Positions 1 to 9,160 of a DNA stretch of 64,000 nucleotides are shown in pieces. Position numbers and translations under genes: made by a program. Below the pieces are notes generated by a model that did not search any database, had not been told where the DNA came from, and saw only the letters and a list, made by a program, of their open reading frames with translations. Each line of letters starts with the position of its first letter. Within the stretch, counting starts at the first letter, position 1. Source of the stretch: an uncultured Bacteroidota bacterium (lineage in GTDB: Bacteria; Bacteroidota; Bacteroidia; Flavobacteriales; Flavobacteriaceae); the NCBI GenBank assembly GCA_902554655.1, contig CACDPE010000003.1, positions 2,124 to 66,123 of the forward strand, written 5' to 3'.

Positions 1-2
1 CT

Positions 3-710
3 ACTTTTAGTTGTTCACAACCTAAATTCTTAAAACAAGCTAAAGTTATTAATAGCGCATTAAAAGAAAAATCACCTTCTGATTTAAAAAACTTACAAAA
101 AATCTCTGTAAAACTTGCAGATTTAAATTGGACAAGAAATAATGAATTTAAGTTAGAACATAATAATAATAATTCAAGACCAGCTTTATTTGCTTTTAAT
201 GGTGATGTTTATGATGGGATAGATGCAAAATCATTAACGGTAGACAAGGTTAATACACTTCAGAATCAGTTAAGAATACTTTCTGGTTTGTATGGAATGC
301 TAAAACCTTTAGACCTCATTCAACCATATCGTTTGGAAATGGGCACAAAACTTACAGTGAATGGATCAAAAAATCTTTACGATTTTTGGGCAGATTCTAT
401 TACTAAAGAACTTATTGATGAGCTAGAAAAAGATTCTTTAATTCTAAACTTGGCAAGTAATGAATATTTTAATGTTATTAACAATAAAATTATTGACTGT
501 AACATAATATCTCCTGTATTTAAAGATTTTAAAAATGGCAATTTTAAAATTATTTCATTCTATGCAAAAAAAGCTAGAGGATTAATGGTAAGATACATTA
601 TTGATAATCAAGTTGATAGTATTGAAAAATTATTATCATTTAATTCATCAGGTTATTCCTACAGTGAAAATCTTACAGAAGACACAAATAAACCTGTATT
701 TGTTCGATAG
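3..710 (+). CDS. yaaA: Peroxide-stress protein YaaA (UPF0246/DUF328), 5' end cut by window edge
   Basis: Frame 3 is open from the window edge. The translation (..ALFAFNGDVYDGIDAKSL..LSGLYGMLKPLDLIQPYRLEMGTKL..) matches the YaaA family. The ORF-track entry 288..710 is only the part after an internal Met. Confidence 0.8.
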   Translation, partial: TFSCSQPKFLKQAKVINSALKEKSPSDLKNLQKISVKLADLNWTRNNEFKLEHNNNNSRPALFAFNGDVYDGIDAKSLTVDKVNTLQNQLRILSGLYGMLKPLDLIQPYRLEMGTKLTVNGSKNLYDFWADSITKELIDELEKDSLILNLASNEYFNVINNKIIDCNIISPVFKDFKNGNFKIISFYAKKARGLMVRYIIDNQVDSIEKLLSFNSSGYSYSENLTEDTNKPVFVR

Positions 711-711
711 T

Positions 712-736
712 TTAATTGAATTTTATATTCAATTAA
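712..736. repeat. Perfect AT-rich inverted repeat TTAATTGAAT-N5-ATTCAATTAA directly after the yaaA stop; possible weak terminator
   Basis: Read directly: 10-bp arms and a 5-nt loop, starting 2 nt after the TAG at 708..710. No clean T-run follows. Confidence 0.3.
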
Positions 737-861
737 TAAATATTTCAAAATAAGTTTTCTCTTGTAAAGTATTTTATTTGAATAACAAATTCTAGAATAA
801 TTTAATTTTAATATATCTAAAAATCATAAAATGTAATTTTTCATTGCATAAATTATATAGT

Positions 862-876
862 TGATAATATTTATCA
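862..876. promoter_or_regulatory. Fur-box-like 7-1-7 palindrome TGATAAT-A-TTTATCA upstream of the ATP-grasp cassette
   Basis: It differs at one position from the TGATAATnATTATCA 7-1-7 Fur consensus and ends 58 nt upstream of the ATG at 934. The AT-rich background raises the chance of a random match. Confidence 0.3.
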
Positions 877-933
877 CAAATTAAGCTTTCTATTGATTTT
901 CCAGAAATTGAATTAATAACTTATAAATAAAAA

Positions 934-2370
934 ATGAAGTTGATTCAAAATTATATTCAATATCCTGAAATGTTTGATGAAATGTTTGATAAAAAAGGTA
1001 TTACAAGGGATATTTATAAAAATTTTGAAAAATTCCTTAGCAAAACATCTGTAAAAAATCTAAATAGTATGAAAGATTTTGCTCAACAGTTTTTTATGAA
1101 TCAAGGGGTCACTTTTACTGTTTATGATGATGATCAGGGTGTCGAGAAAATTTTTCCTTTTGATATAATTCCTAGAATAATTTCATATTCTGATTGGAAA
1201 ATCATTGAAAGTGGAATTAAGCAAAGGATAACAGCCTTAAATTTATTCATAAGGGATATTTACCATGAGCAGTTTATACTAAATGATAACATCATTCCAG
1301 CTGAACTAATAATATCTAATCCCAATTATCTCAGAGAAATGAGAAACATCAAAGTTCCTAATGATATTTATACACATATTTCTGGAATTGATTTGATTAG
1401 AAACGAGGAAGGTAAGTTTTTTGTTTTAGAAGATAATTTAAGAACCCCCTCAGGTGTAAGCTATATGTTAGAAAACCGTGAAATTACAAGAAGATTATTT
1501 CCTGAAATGATTCCTCGCGAAAAAGTTCAACCGATCAGTGATTATCCAAACTTATTATATAATAAGTTAAAATCTTTATCAAATAAAAAAAATCCTGTAG
1601 TAGTGATGTTAACTCCAGGCTTATATAATTCTGCTTATTATGAACATACTGCTTTAGCTAGATTGATGGGTGTCGAGCTTGTTGAGGGTAGCGATTTATT
1701 GGTTGATAATCATTACGTTTTCATGAAAACAGCTGGTGGTTTGAAAACTGTTGATATAATTTACAGACGAATTGATGATGATTTTTTAGATCCATTAAAC
1801 TTCAAAGCCGAAAGTGTTCTTGGAATTGCTGGAATAATGGATTCATATAGACAAGGTAATGTTATACTTGTCAATAGTCCTGGGGCAGGAATAGCTGATG
1901 ATAAAGCTATTTACACATATGTTCCAGATATGATTTCATATTATTTAAATGAAAAACCAATCCTTGATAATATTAAGACTTATAAATTAACTAATAAAGA
2001 TGAAAAAGATTATGTGTTAAAAAACATTGACAAGCTTGTATTAAAAAGAACAGATGGTAGTGGAGGATATGGAATGTTAATGGGTAAATCAGCTACCAAA
2101 GAGGAAATTAATAAATATAAATTAAAAATTGAAAAGGAACCAGAGATGTATATTGCGCAGCCAACACTTAACCTTTCAACATCACCATGTTTGATAGAAA
2201 ACTCATTACATCCGAGATGTGTTGATTTAAGACCCTTTGCTCTTTTTGGTTCTGATGGAATTGAAGTTTGTCCAGGTGGTTTATCTAGAGTTGCATTAAA
2301 AAAAGGTTCATTAATTGTAAACAGTTCTCAAGGGGGTGGAAGTAAAGATACATGGATAGTAAAAAATTAA
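934..2370 (+). CDS. Circularly permuted type-2 ATP-grasp protein (COG2308; DUF404/DUF407)
   Basis: 478 aa. Family-typical stretch GIDLIRNEEGKFFVLEDNLRTPSGVSYMLENREITRRLFPE and C-terminal GGLSRVALKKGSLIVNSSQGGGSKDTW. Confidence 0.85.
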   Translation: MKLIQNYIQYPEMFDEMFDKKGITRDIYKNFEKFLSKTSVKNLNSMKDFAQQFFMNQGVTFTVYDDDQGVEKIFPFDIIPRIISYSDWKIIESGIKQRITALNLFIRDIYHEQFILNDNIIPAELIISNPNYLREMRNIKVPNDIYTHISGIDLIRNEEGKFFVLEDNLRTPSGVSYMLENREITRRLFPEMIPREKVQPISDYPNLLYNKLKSLSNKKNPVVVMLTPGLYNSAYYEHTALARLMGVELVEGSDLLVDNHYVFMKTAGGLKTVDIIYRRIDDDFLDPLNFKAESVLGIAGIMDSYRQGNVILVNSPGAGIADDKAIYTYVPDMISYYLNEKPILDNIKTYKLTNKDEKDYVLKNIDKLVLKRTDGSGGYGMLMGKSATKEEINKYKLKIEKEPEMYIAQPTLNLSTSPCLIENSLHPRCVDLRPFALFGSDGIEVCPGGLSRVALKKGSLIVNSSQGGGSKDTWIVKN

Positions 2371-2371
2371 T

Positions 2372-3307
2372 ATGTTAAGTAGGGTAGCAAATAATTTGTT
2401 TTGGATGGATAGATATATGGAAAGAAGCTATGGGTTGTTGAATTTAATCAAGACAAATTATAATTCAACTTTAGATACTGGTGACTATCAATCATGGAAC
2501 GGTATATTAAAATCGTATATGGGTATTGATAAAAGTATTTCAAATGAAAATTATCAAGATTCAATTTCTGTTATTGAGTACATGATATTTAATAATTCAA
2601 ATCCTAATACACTAATCAACATGATAACTAAAGCTCGTGAAAATGCGAGAAGTGTTCAAGAACATATATCAAGAGAAATTTGGGTTGCAATTAATAAATA
2701 TTTTTTAAAAATTACAGATAAAAAGTTTTATAAATATTATAAAAAAAATGATCCCATAGATTTTATTAATGAGCTAACACAATTTCATCACATATATTAC
2801 AGTGTAGCTGATATATCGCAAGAGAGAGGAAATGCATTTTGTTTTATGAATCTTGGAAAATATTTTGAAAGAATTCTTCAAAGCATTGATTTTTTAAACG
2901 TTAAAATAGACATTTTAGAGTCAAATGAAAACAATTTAAATGAGTCATACTTTTGGAAAAATCTTTTAATCTCAATTGGTGGATATCAATTATACATTAA
3001 AACTTATAAATCAATCTTTAATGTTGAAAATATCATTGAAATGATTACAATTAATCAGTTTTTTCCCCGATCAATTAAATTCAGTGTTGATAAACTTTAT
3101 TCACATATCACAAGACTCAATGAATTTAATAAACCAGAAAGTAACAGTTTAAAATTTTTGACAGGTAAAATGAAAAATGAATTAACCTATAGTTCGATAA
3201 GCTCCATAAAGCAGGATGGGCTTAAAAATTTTGTTTACAAAATTCAATTTGATCTAAATAAAATTTCTAATGAAATCAACAACATATATTTTTATCAAAA
3301 TAACTAA
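2372..3307 (+). CDS. Alpha-E domain protein (COG2307; DUF403)
   Basis: 311 aa. The N-terminus MLSRVANNLFWMDRYMERS is the hallmark start of alpha-E proteins. The gene begins 1 nt after the ATP-grasp stop. Confidence 0.85.
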   Translation: MLSRVANNLFWMDRYMERSYGLLNLIKTNYNSTLDTGDYQSWNGILKSYMGIDKSISNENYQDSISVIEYMIFNNSNPNTLINMITKARENARSVQEHISREIWVAINKYFLKITDKKFYKYYKKNDPIDFINELTQFHHIYYSVADISQERGNAFCFMNLGKYFERILQSIDFLNVKIDILESNENNLNESYFWKNLLISIGGYQLYIKTYKSIFNVENIIEMITINQFFPRSIKFSVDKLYSHITRLNEFNKPESNSLKFLTGKMKNELTYSSISSIKQDGLKNFVYKIQFDLNKISNEINNIYFYQNN

Positions 3308-4269
3308 TGAAAAGATTTTTTCTAAAACATACAACAACCTATAATTATTCAAACTTTGTTTATGAAAGTTCAAACAAGCTTCATTTATATCCTTACAACG
3401 ATTTAAATCAACAAATTGTTAGTCATAAAATTAACATACCTGGGAATCCATTGCTTGACTCTTACATTGATGATTATAATAATAGGGTAGGGTTTTTTAC
3501 ATATACACCTCCTCACAAATTTTTAAGTATCATTTCAGAAGCGGAGATTATAAAAAAAAGAATTATTATGCCTGAAGATACAATGGATGTAAATGAACAA
3601 TGGATGCTTTTAAAAAAATTAAAATTATCTTTTGATTTTATACCTTTTTTAAAATTTCATAATAGCTCAATAAATAAAGAGCTTTTTAAAGTAATTGAAT
3701 CTTGTAAATTTAAATCAGCTTCTCCAATGGATGTTGCTGATAATTTATGTGAATATGTTAACAAAAATTTTAATTACAAAAAGGGAGTTACAAATGTTTT
3801 TACAAAGATTGAAGAAGTATGGAGTTTAAAGACAGGAGTTTGCCAGGATTTTACAAATATTTTAATTCAACTTTGCAGAATTGCTGAAATACCAACAAGA
3901 TATGTTAGTGGATATGTTTTTGCAGCTGGTAGATTTAGAGGAGCTTCTGCAACTCATGCTTGGGTGGAAGTCTATATTCCTAACTATGGTTGGCTAGGAT
4001 TAGATCCTACAAATAATTGTATTGCAGACATTTATCATATAAGATTAGCTGTTGGTAGAAATTATAGTGATTGCTCACCTGTTAAAGGTGTATATAAAGG
4101 AAATGAAACTCAAATTATGAAAGTAAATGTAATATTAGATACAAAGAAAATTAAATCCTCAGATAAAGTGATTCTAGAAAATTCTTCATCTTCAACTATC
4201 AATAAAGAAGAGACAGATAATTCAAATAGTTTTCAAAAACATCTTCAAATGATGCAGCAGCAACAATAA
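3307..4269 (+). CDS. Transglutaminase-like cysteine peptidase family protein (COG1305) with a Gln-rich C-terminal tail
   Basis: 320 aa. The Cys-His-Asp triad context is intact: GVCQDF, THAWVEVY, GLDPTN. The start overlaps the alpha-E stop (TAATG). The tail ends ..LQMMQQQQ. Confidence 0.85.
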   Translation: MKRFFLKHTTTYNYSNFVYESSNKLHLYPYNDLNQQIVSHKINIPGNPLLDSYIDDYNNRVGFFTYTPPHKFLSIISEAEIIKKRIIMPEDTMDVNEQWMLLKKLKLSFDFIPFLKFHNSSINKELFKVIESCKFKSASPMDVADNLCEYVNKNFNYKKGVTNVFTKIEEVWSLKTGVCQDFTNILIQLCRIAEIPTRYVSGYVFAAGRFRGASATHAWVEVYIPNYGWLGLDPTNNCIADIYHIRLAVGRNYSDCSPVKGVYKGNETQIMKVNVILDTKKIKSSDKVILENSSSSTINKEETDNSNSFQKHLQMMQQQQ

Positions 4270-5037
4270 CTAATCTATTTTTAATTTATTAATAAATTTT
4301 TTTGTTTGTCTAATTCCGTGTTTGGTTAACATGTTTATATAAGCAGATCCTATAATAACTCCATCACTATTAATTGATGCTACTTTTCGAGTTTCCTTAT
4401 TGCTAATTCCAAAACCAACAAGTAATGGAGATCTTAATTTCATTTGATTAATTCTTTTAAAATATTTTATAGTTTCATCACCAAATATTTTTTGAGCACC
4501 TGTTGTACTATAACTACTAACCATATAGATAAATCCATTTGAAATTTTATCTATAAACCGAATTCTCTTCTCAGATGTTTGAGGGGTTATTAAAAACATG
4601 TTTTGTAAATTATGATTTTTAAATAAATCATGATAATGCTCATAATAAATATCCACTGGCAAATCGGGAACAATTAATCCGTCAATTTCACATTCTTTAC
4701 ATTTTAAACAAAACTCCTCAATTCCATATTGGATTATGGGATTTAAATATCCCATTATTATTATGGGCAATTCAGTTATTGATCTTAAATTTTTTATTTG
4801 ATCAAATAAAATATTTGTATTCATACCATTTGATAATGCTATCGTTGAGCTTTCTTGAATAGTGGGTCCATCTGCTAATGGATCACTAAATGGTAAACCA
4901 ATTTCAATCATGTCAACACCTGAGTTGTCGAGTTCTTTGATAATAGATATTGTATCATGTAATTTTGGATAACCTGCCGTAAAGTAAATTGATAAAATAT
5001 TTTTTTTGTTTATAAACGTCTTATTAATTCTATTCAT
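4270..5037 (-). CDS. trpA: Tryptophan synthase alpha chain
   Basis: 255 aa with IEIGLPFSDPLADGPTIQ and GFGIS motifs. Last gene of the trp operon. Confidence 0.93.
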   Translation of the reverse strand: MNRINKTFINKKNILSIYFTAGYPKLHDTISIIKELDNSGVDMIEIGLPFSDPLADGPTIQESSTIALSNGMNTNILFDQIKNLRSITELPIIIMGYLNPIIQYGIEEFCLKCKECEIDGLIVPDLPVDIYYEHYHDLFKNHNLQNMFLITPQTSEKRIRFIDKISNGFIYMVSSYSTTGAQKIFGDETIKYFKRINQMKLRSPLLVGFGISNKETRKVASINSDGVIIGSAYINMLTKHGIRQTKKFINKLKID

Positions 5038-5040
5038 AAA

Positions 5041-6225
5041 TCACAATTTAAAATATTCAATATATGTGTCTAAGTCTTTATCTCCTCTACCTGAGCAGTT
5101 AAATACTATTATATCGTTAGGTTTAAATTTTTTCTTGTCTAAAACTGCAAAAGCATGTGATGTTTCTATCGCTGGAATTATACCTTCAGTTTGAGATAAA
5201 ATCAATCCCCATTTCATAGCATCTTGATCAGTAATTGAAATAAATTCCCCTCTTTTTGACTTAAATAAGTTTGCATGCATTGGACCAATGCCTGGGTAAT
5301 CTAGACCAGCTGAAATTGAATATGGTTCTGTTATTTGTCCATCATTTGATTGCATTAATAAGGTTTTTGAACCATGGATAATACCTGTCTTACCCAAAAT
5401 TGATGTAGCTGCACTTTCCCCTGTATCAATTCCCTTACCTGCTGCTTCAACACAAATTATTTTAACATCAAAATTATCTAGAAATGGATAAAAAAGTCCA
5501 GCAGCATTACTTCCTCCACCAACACAAGCTATAACATAATCTGGTGTGGACTTATTTTCCAATTCCTGAAGTTGATCTATAGTTTCCTCACCAATAACAG
5601 ATTGAAATCTAGCAACCATATCTGGATAAGGATGAGGTCCTACTACAGATCCAATTATATAGTGAGTATTTACTGGATTATTAATCCAATCCCTGATAGC
5701 TTCATTGGTTGCGTCTTTAAGAGTTTTACTCCCAGAAATTGCAGGTCTAACTTCAGCACCAAGCATTTTCATTCTGGCGACATTTGGCGCTTGTCTTTTA
5801 ATATCAATTTCACCCATATAAATAATACATTTAATACCCATTAATGCGCAAACTGTTGCAGTTGCGACACCGTGCTGACCAGCTCCAGTTTCTGCAATAA
5901 TTCTTTTTTTTCCAAGTTTTTTGGCAAGTAAAATTTGTCCAATAGTATTATTTATTTTGTGTGCTCCAGTATGGCATAAATCTTCTCTTTTAAGATATAT
6001 TCTGGTGTTATATTTTTCTGATAATCTTTTTGCAAAGTACAGTGGAGTAGGTCTTCCTACATAGTCCTTTAAAAGTTTATTAAATTCATTTTTAAAACTT
6101 TTGGAAGAAGAAATTTTTAAATAATTATTTCTTAATTCTTCTACATTAGGGTAAAGCATTTCTGGTATAAATGCTCCGCCAAATTCACCATAAAAACCTT
6201 TTGAATTTACATTATGTGTTTTCAT
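5041..6225 (-). CDS. trpB: Tryptophan synthase beta chain
   Basis: 394 aa with [16 protein letters not shown] (PLP-Lys region) and GGGSNAAG. Confidence 0.96.
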   Translation of the reverse strand: MKTHNVNSKGFYGEFGGAFIPEMLYPNVEELRNNYLKISSSKSFKNEFNKLLKDYVGRPTPLYFAKRLSEKYNTRIYLKREDLCHTGAHKINNTIGQILLAKKLGKKRIIAETGAGQHGVATATVCALMGIKCIIYMGEIDIKRQAPNVARMKMLGAEVRPAISGSKTLKDATNEAIRDWINNPVNTHYIIGSVVGPHPYPDMVARFQSVIGEETIDQLQELENKSTPDYVIACVGGGSNAAGLFYPFLDNFDVKIICVEAAGKGIDTGESAATSILGKTGIIHGSKTLLMQSNDGQITEPYSISAGLDYPGIGPMHANLFKSKRGEFISITDQDAMKWGLILSQTEGIIPAIETSHAFAVLDKKKFKPNDIIVFNCSGRGDKDLDTYIEYFKL

Positions 6226-6829
6226 TTTTTATTGATTTTATAAATTTTTTCACTCTATTAACATCTTTTAAACCTGGTTTAATTTCAAATTTTGAGTTGA
6301 GATCAACACCAATTAAATTTGGCAATTGATTCTTTAATTTTTTTATACTATTAATTAATTCTAAATTAATTCCACCACTAAGTATAAAATCCTTTTTATG
6401 ATTATAATTTAAAAGTAAGTTCCAGTTAAATTTTTTTCCTGATCCACCATAAGATTCAGTGAAAGTATCAAAAAGAAAGTATTTGCAATATTTACTATAT
6501 TTTTCAATCTCATTTAGATCAAATTTATCATCAATTCTGAAAGCTTTTATAATATTACATAAACTACTTATTTCTTTACAAAATTTCTGATCTTCATTGC
6601 CATGTAATTGTACATATTCAAATTTATATTTATTGATTATTTTTTTGATAAAATCTAACGATTCATCAACAAAAACAGCAACATACTTTTTTTCTGATTT
6701 TGGTAGTGTAGTAGAACTAAAGAATCTAGATGATTTCTTATAAAAAATTATTCCCATATAATCTAAATCAAGTTTCATTAATTGATTTATGTTGTCACTA
6801 TTATTTAAACCACAGACTTTAATAATCAT
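6212..6829 (-). CDS. trpF: Phosphoribosylanthranilate isomerase
   Basis: 205 aa. N-terminus MIIKVCGL.. plus operon position between trpC and trpB. Confidence 0.85.
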   Translation of the reverse strand: MIIKVCGLNNSDNINQLMKLDLDYMGIIFYKKSSRFFSSTTLPKSEKKYVAVFVDESLDFIKKIINKYKFEYVQLHGNEDQKFCKEISSLCNIIKAFRIDDKFDLNEIEKYSKYCKYFLFDTFTESYGGSGKKFNWNLLLNYNHKKDFILSGGINLELINSIKKLKNQLPNLIGVDLNSKFEIKPGLKDVNRVKKFIKSIKNENT

Positions 6830-7608
6830 TTTGTTTTTTCAATAAATTTTTTTAAACTAATTCCTGGATTTTCAGATTTCATAAATCTTTCTCCAATTAA
6901 AAAACCATCAAAACCTTCATTGATTAAGTTTTTAATATCTGTTGGGTTTTCAATACCACTTTCAGAAATTTTAATCATTTCGGATGGTATATGTTTGGAT
7001 ATTTTTATACTATTATTAATGTCAACTTCAAAACTTTTTAAATCTCTGTTATTTACACCAACAATATCAATGTTTTTTAAATCACATTTGTACAATTCAT
7101 CAAGTGAATGAATTTCAGTTAATACATTTAATCCTAATTGTTTTGCTATCCTTGAAAAATTAGAAATTTGTTTTTTAGTTAGTATCGCTGCGATAAGTAA
7201 AATTGCGTCGGCACCAATTGATTTAGATTCAATGATTTGAAACTCATCAATAATAAAATCCTTTCTTAATAGTGGAATACTACAGGTCTCTTTAACAATT
7301 TTTAAATCTTTTTTTGATCCACCAAAAAAATAATCATCTGTCAAAACTGAAATACCCACTGCACCATATTGTTCATATCCTAAAACGATGTCTTTAGTTT
7401 TTGAAGTAAAATTAATCTCTTTCTTAGAAGGAGATTTTCTTTTATGTTCAGCAATTATTGAGATTTGGTTTTGCAAGATATTTTTTGAAAGGCTTTTTGT
7501 AGGTATACCAAAATAATCGCTTTTCTCAAGAGATGAATAAGATTGTAAGTTTTTTAGCTGATTTACTTCAACTATTTTTCTCTCAATTATTTTATCTAAA
7601 ATATTCAT
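6826..7608 (-). CDS. trpC: Indole-3-glycerol-phosphate synthase
   Basis: 260 aa with IIAEHKRKSPSK and LRKDFIIDEFQI motifs. Confidence 0.92.
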   Translation of the reverse strand: MNILDKIIERKIVEVNQLKNLQSYSSLEKSDYFGIPTKSLSKNILQNQISIIAEHKRKSPSKKEINFTSKTKDIVLGYEQYGAVGISVLTDDYFFGGSKKDLKIVKETCSIPLLRKDFIIDEFQIIESKSIGADAILLIAAILTKKQISNFSRIAKQLGLNVLTEIHSLDELYKCDLKNIDIVGVNNRDLKSFEVDINNSIKISKHIPSEMIKISESGIENPTDIKNLINEGFDGFLIGERFMKSENPGISLKKFIEKTK

Positions 7609-8597
7609 TTACTTATGCTTAAAAGTTTATTAAATGAATTGAGAGCTTTTTTGCTTTCCAATGATTCCCTAGCAATACTTAAACACTCTGTTATATTTTT
7701 TGATGATATAGTTTTTATTGCTAATGCAGCATTAGCTAGGGTAACATTTTTTTGTGCTTCTGTACAATTATCATTCAAAACATCCATAAAAATTTTTGCT
7801 GAGCTGGCTATATCATAACCTCCCTCGATTTGATTTTGTTTTAATTTTTTTAGGTTAAAATAACTAGAGTCTAAAATTTGTTCACTCTTATTATTGATTA
7901 ATTTAAATTCATTGGTCAATGATACTTCATCATATCCATCAAGAGAATATAATACAGAGAATTTTTTATCTGTATTTCTAAAAATATGACCATATAATCT
8001 TGCGAGTTCTAAGCTATATACACCAGTCATTTGATTTTTTGGTTGACACGGATTAACAAGTGGTCCTAATACATTAAAAAAAGTTTTAAAACCTAGAATT
8101 CTTCTTACTGGAGCAACATTTTTCATTGCAGGATGAAATAGTGGAGCATGTAAAAAAGTGATATTAGATTTATCAATACATTTTCTTAAAAAATCATAAT
8201 CATTTGAAAATTTAATACCTAGAAACTCCAACACATTACTTGAGCCACATCCTGATGAAACACCATAGTTACCATGTTTAGTAACAGTATATCCAGCTCC
8301 AGCTACTATAAATGATGAAATAGTTGAAATATTGAAAGTGTTTTTTCCATCTCCACCTGTTCCGCATAAATCTATTGAATTTAAATCATCAAAATCAATT
8401 TTAAGACATAGGTCAACTAATGCATCTCTAAATCCTTCAATTTCTTCAACACTAGGCATTCTCATTTTGAAGACTGTCAAAAATGAAGCAATTAATGAAT
8501 CATCATATTTTTTTGCAGAAATTTCTAACAAAACAGATTTCGACTCATCATATGTTAGAGTCTCATTTTCAAAAAGTTTTTCTAATAAATTTTTCAT
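7605..8597 (-). CDS. trpD: Anthranilate phosphoribosyltransferase
   Basis: 330 aa with DLCGTGGDGKNTFNIST and KHGNYGVSSGCGSS motifs. Confidence 0.93.
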   Translation of the reverse strand: MKNLLEKLFENETLTYDESKSVLLEISAKKYDDSLIASFLTVFKMRMPSVEEIEGFRDALVDLCLKIDFDDLNSIDLCGTGGDGKNTFNISTISSFIVAGAGYTVTKHGNYGVSSGCGSSNVLEFLGIKFSNDYDFLRKCIDKSNITFLHAPLFHPAMKNVAPVRRILGFKTFFNVLGPLVNPCQPKNQMTGVYSLELARLYGHIFRNTDKKFSVLYSLDGYDEVSLTNEFKLINNKSEQILDSSYFNLKKLKQNQIEGGYDIASSAKIFMDVLNDNCTEAQKNVTLANAALAIKTISSKNITECLSIARESLESKKALNSFNKLLSISK

Positions 8598-9160
8598 CAG
8601 GTATTAATCCAATTTTTTAAAAGTATTTTACCGTGTTCAGTAAGAATAGATTCAGGATGAAATTGAACACCCCATAACTTAAATTTTTTATGTTTGAATG
8701 CCATTATATTTTCATCATAATCATGAGCTAAAAGTTCAAATTCATCATTTAACTCTTTAACTACCCAAGAATGGTATCTGCCTACTTTAAGAGTCTTGGG
8801 GATTGATGTAAAAAGAACATCATCCTTCACAACTTTAATTTCAGTTGAAATTCCATGAAAAACATCATCTAAGTTCAATAAATCACAGCCTAATGTTTCT
8901 GCTATTGCTTGATGTCCTAGGCATACTCCTAAAAAATTTTTTGTTTTATAATAATTAGATATAATTGACTTTAATAATCCAGCTTCATCAGGTATACCCG
9001 GTCCTGGTGATAATAAAATTTTGTCAAAATTATTAACATGATTAATATCAATCATATCATTTCTAAATACTTCAACTTCACAATCTAAATCCTCAAGATA
9101 GTGTACTAGATTGTAAGTAAATGAGTCGTAATTATCAATAACTAAAATTTTATTTTTCAT
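8597..9160 (-). CDS. trpG: Anthranilate synthase component II (glutamine amidotransferase)
   Basis: 187 aa. ILVIDNYDSFTYNLVHYL, GVCLGHQ (catalytic Cys) and FHPES. Confidence 0.92.
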   Translation of the reverse strand: MKNKILVIDNYDSFTYNLVHYLEDLDCEVEVFRNDMIDINHVNNFDKILLSPGPGIPDEAGLLKSIISNYYKTKNFLGVCLGHQAIAETLGCDLLNLDDVFHGISTEIKVVKDDVLFTSIPKTLKVGRYHSWVVKELNDEFELLAHDYDENIMAFKHKKFKLWGVQFHPESILTEHGKILLKNWINT

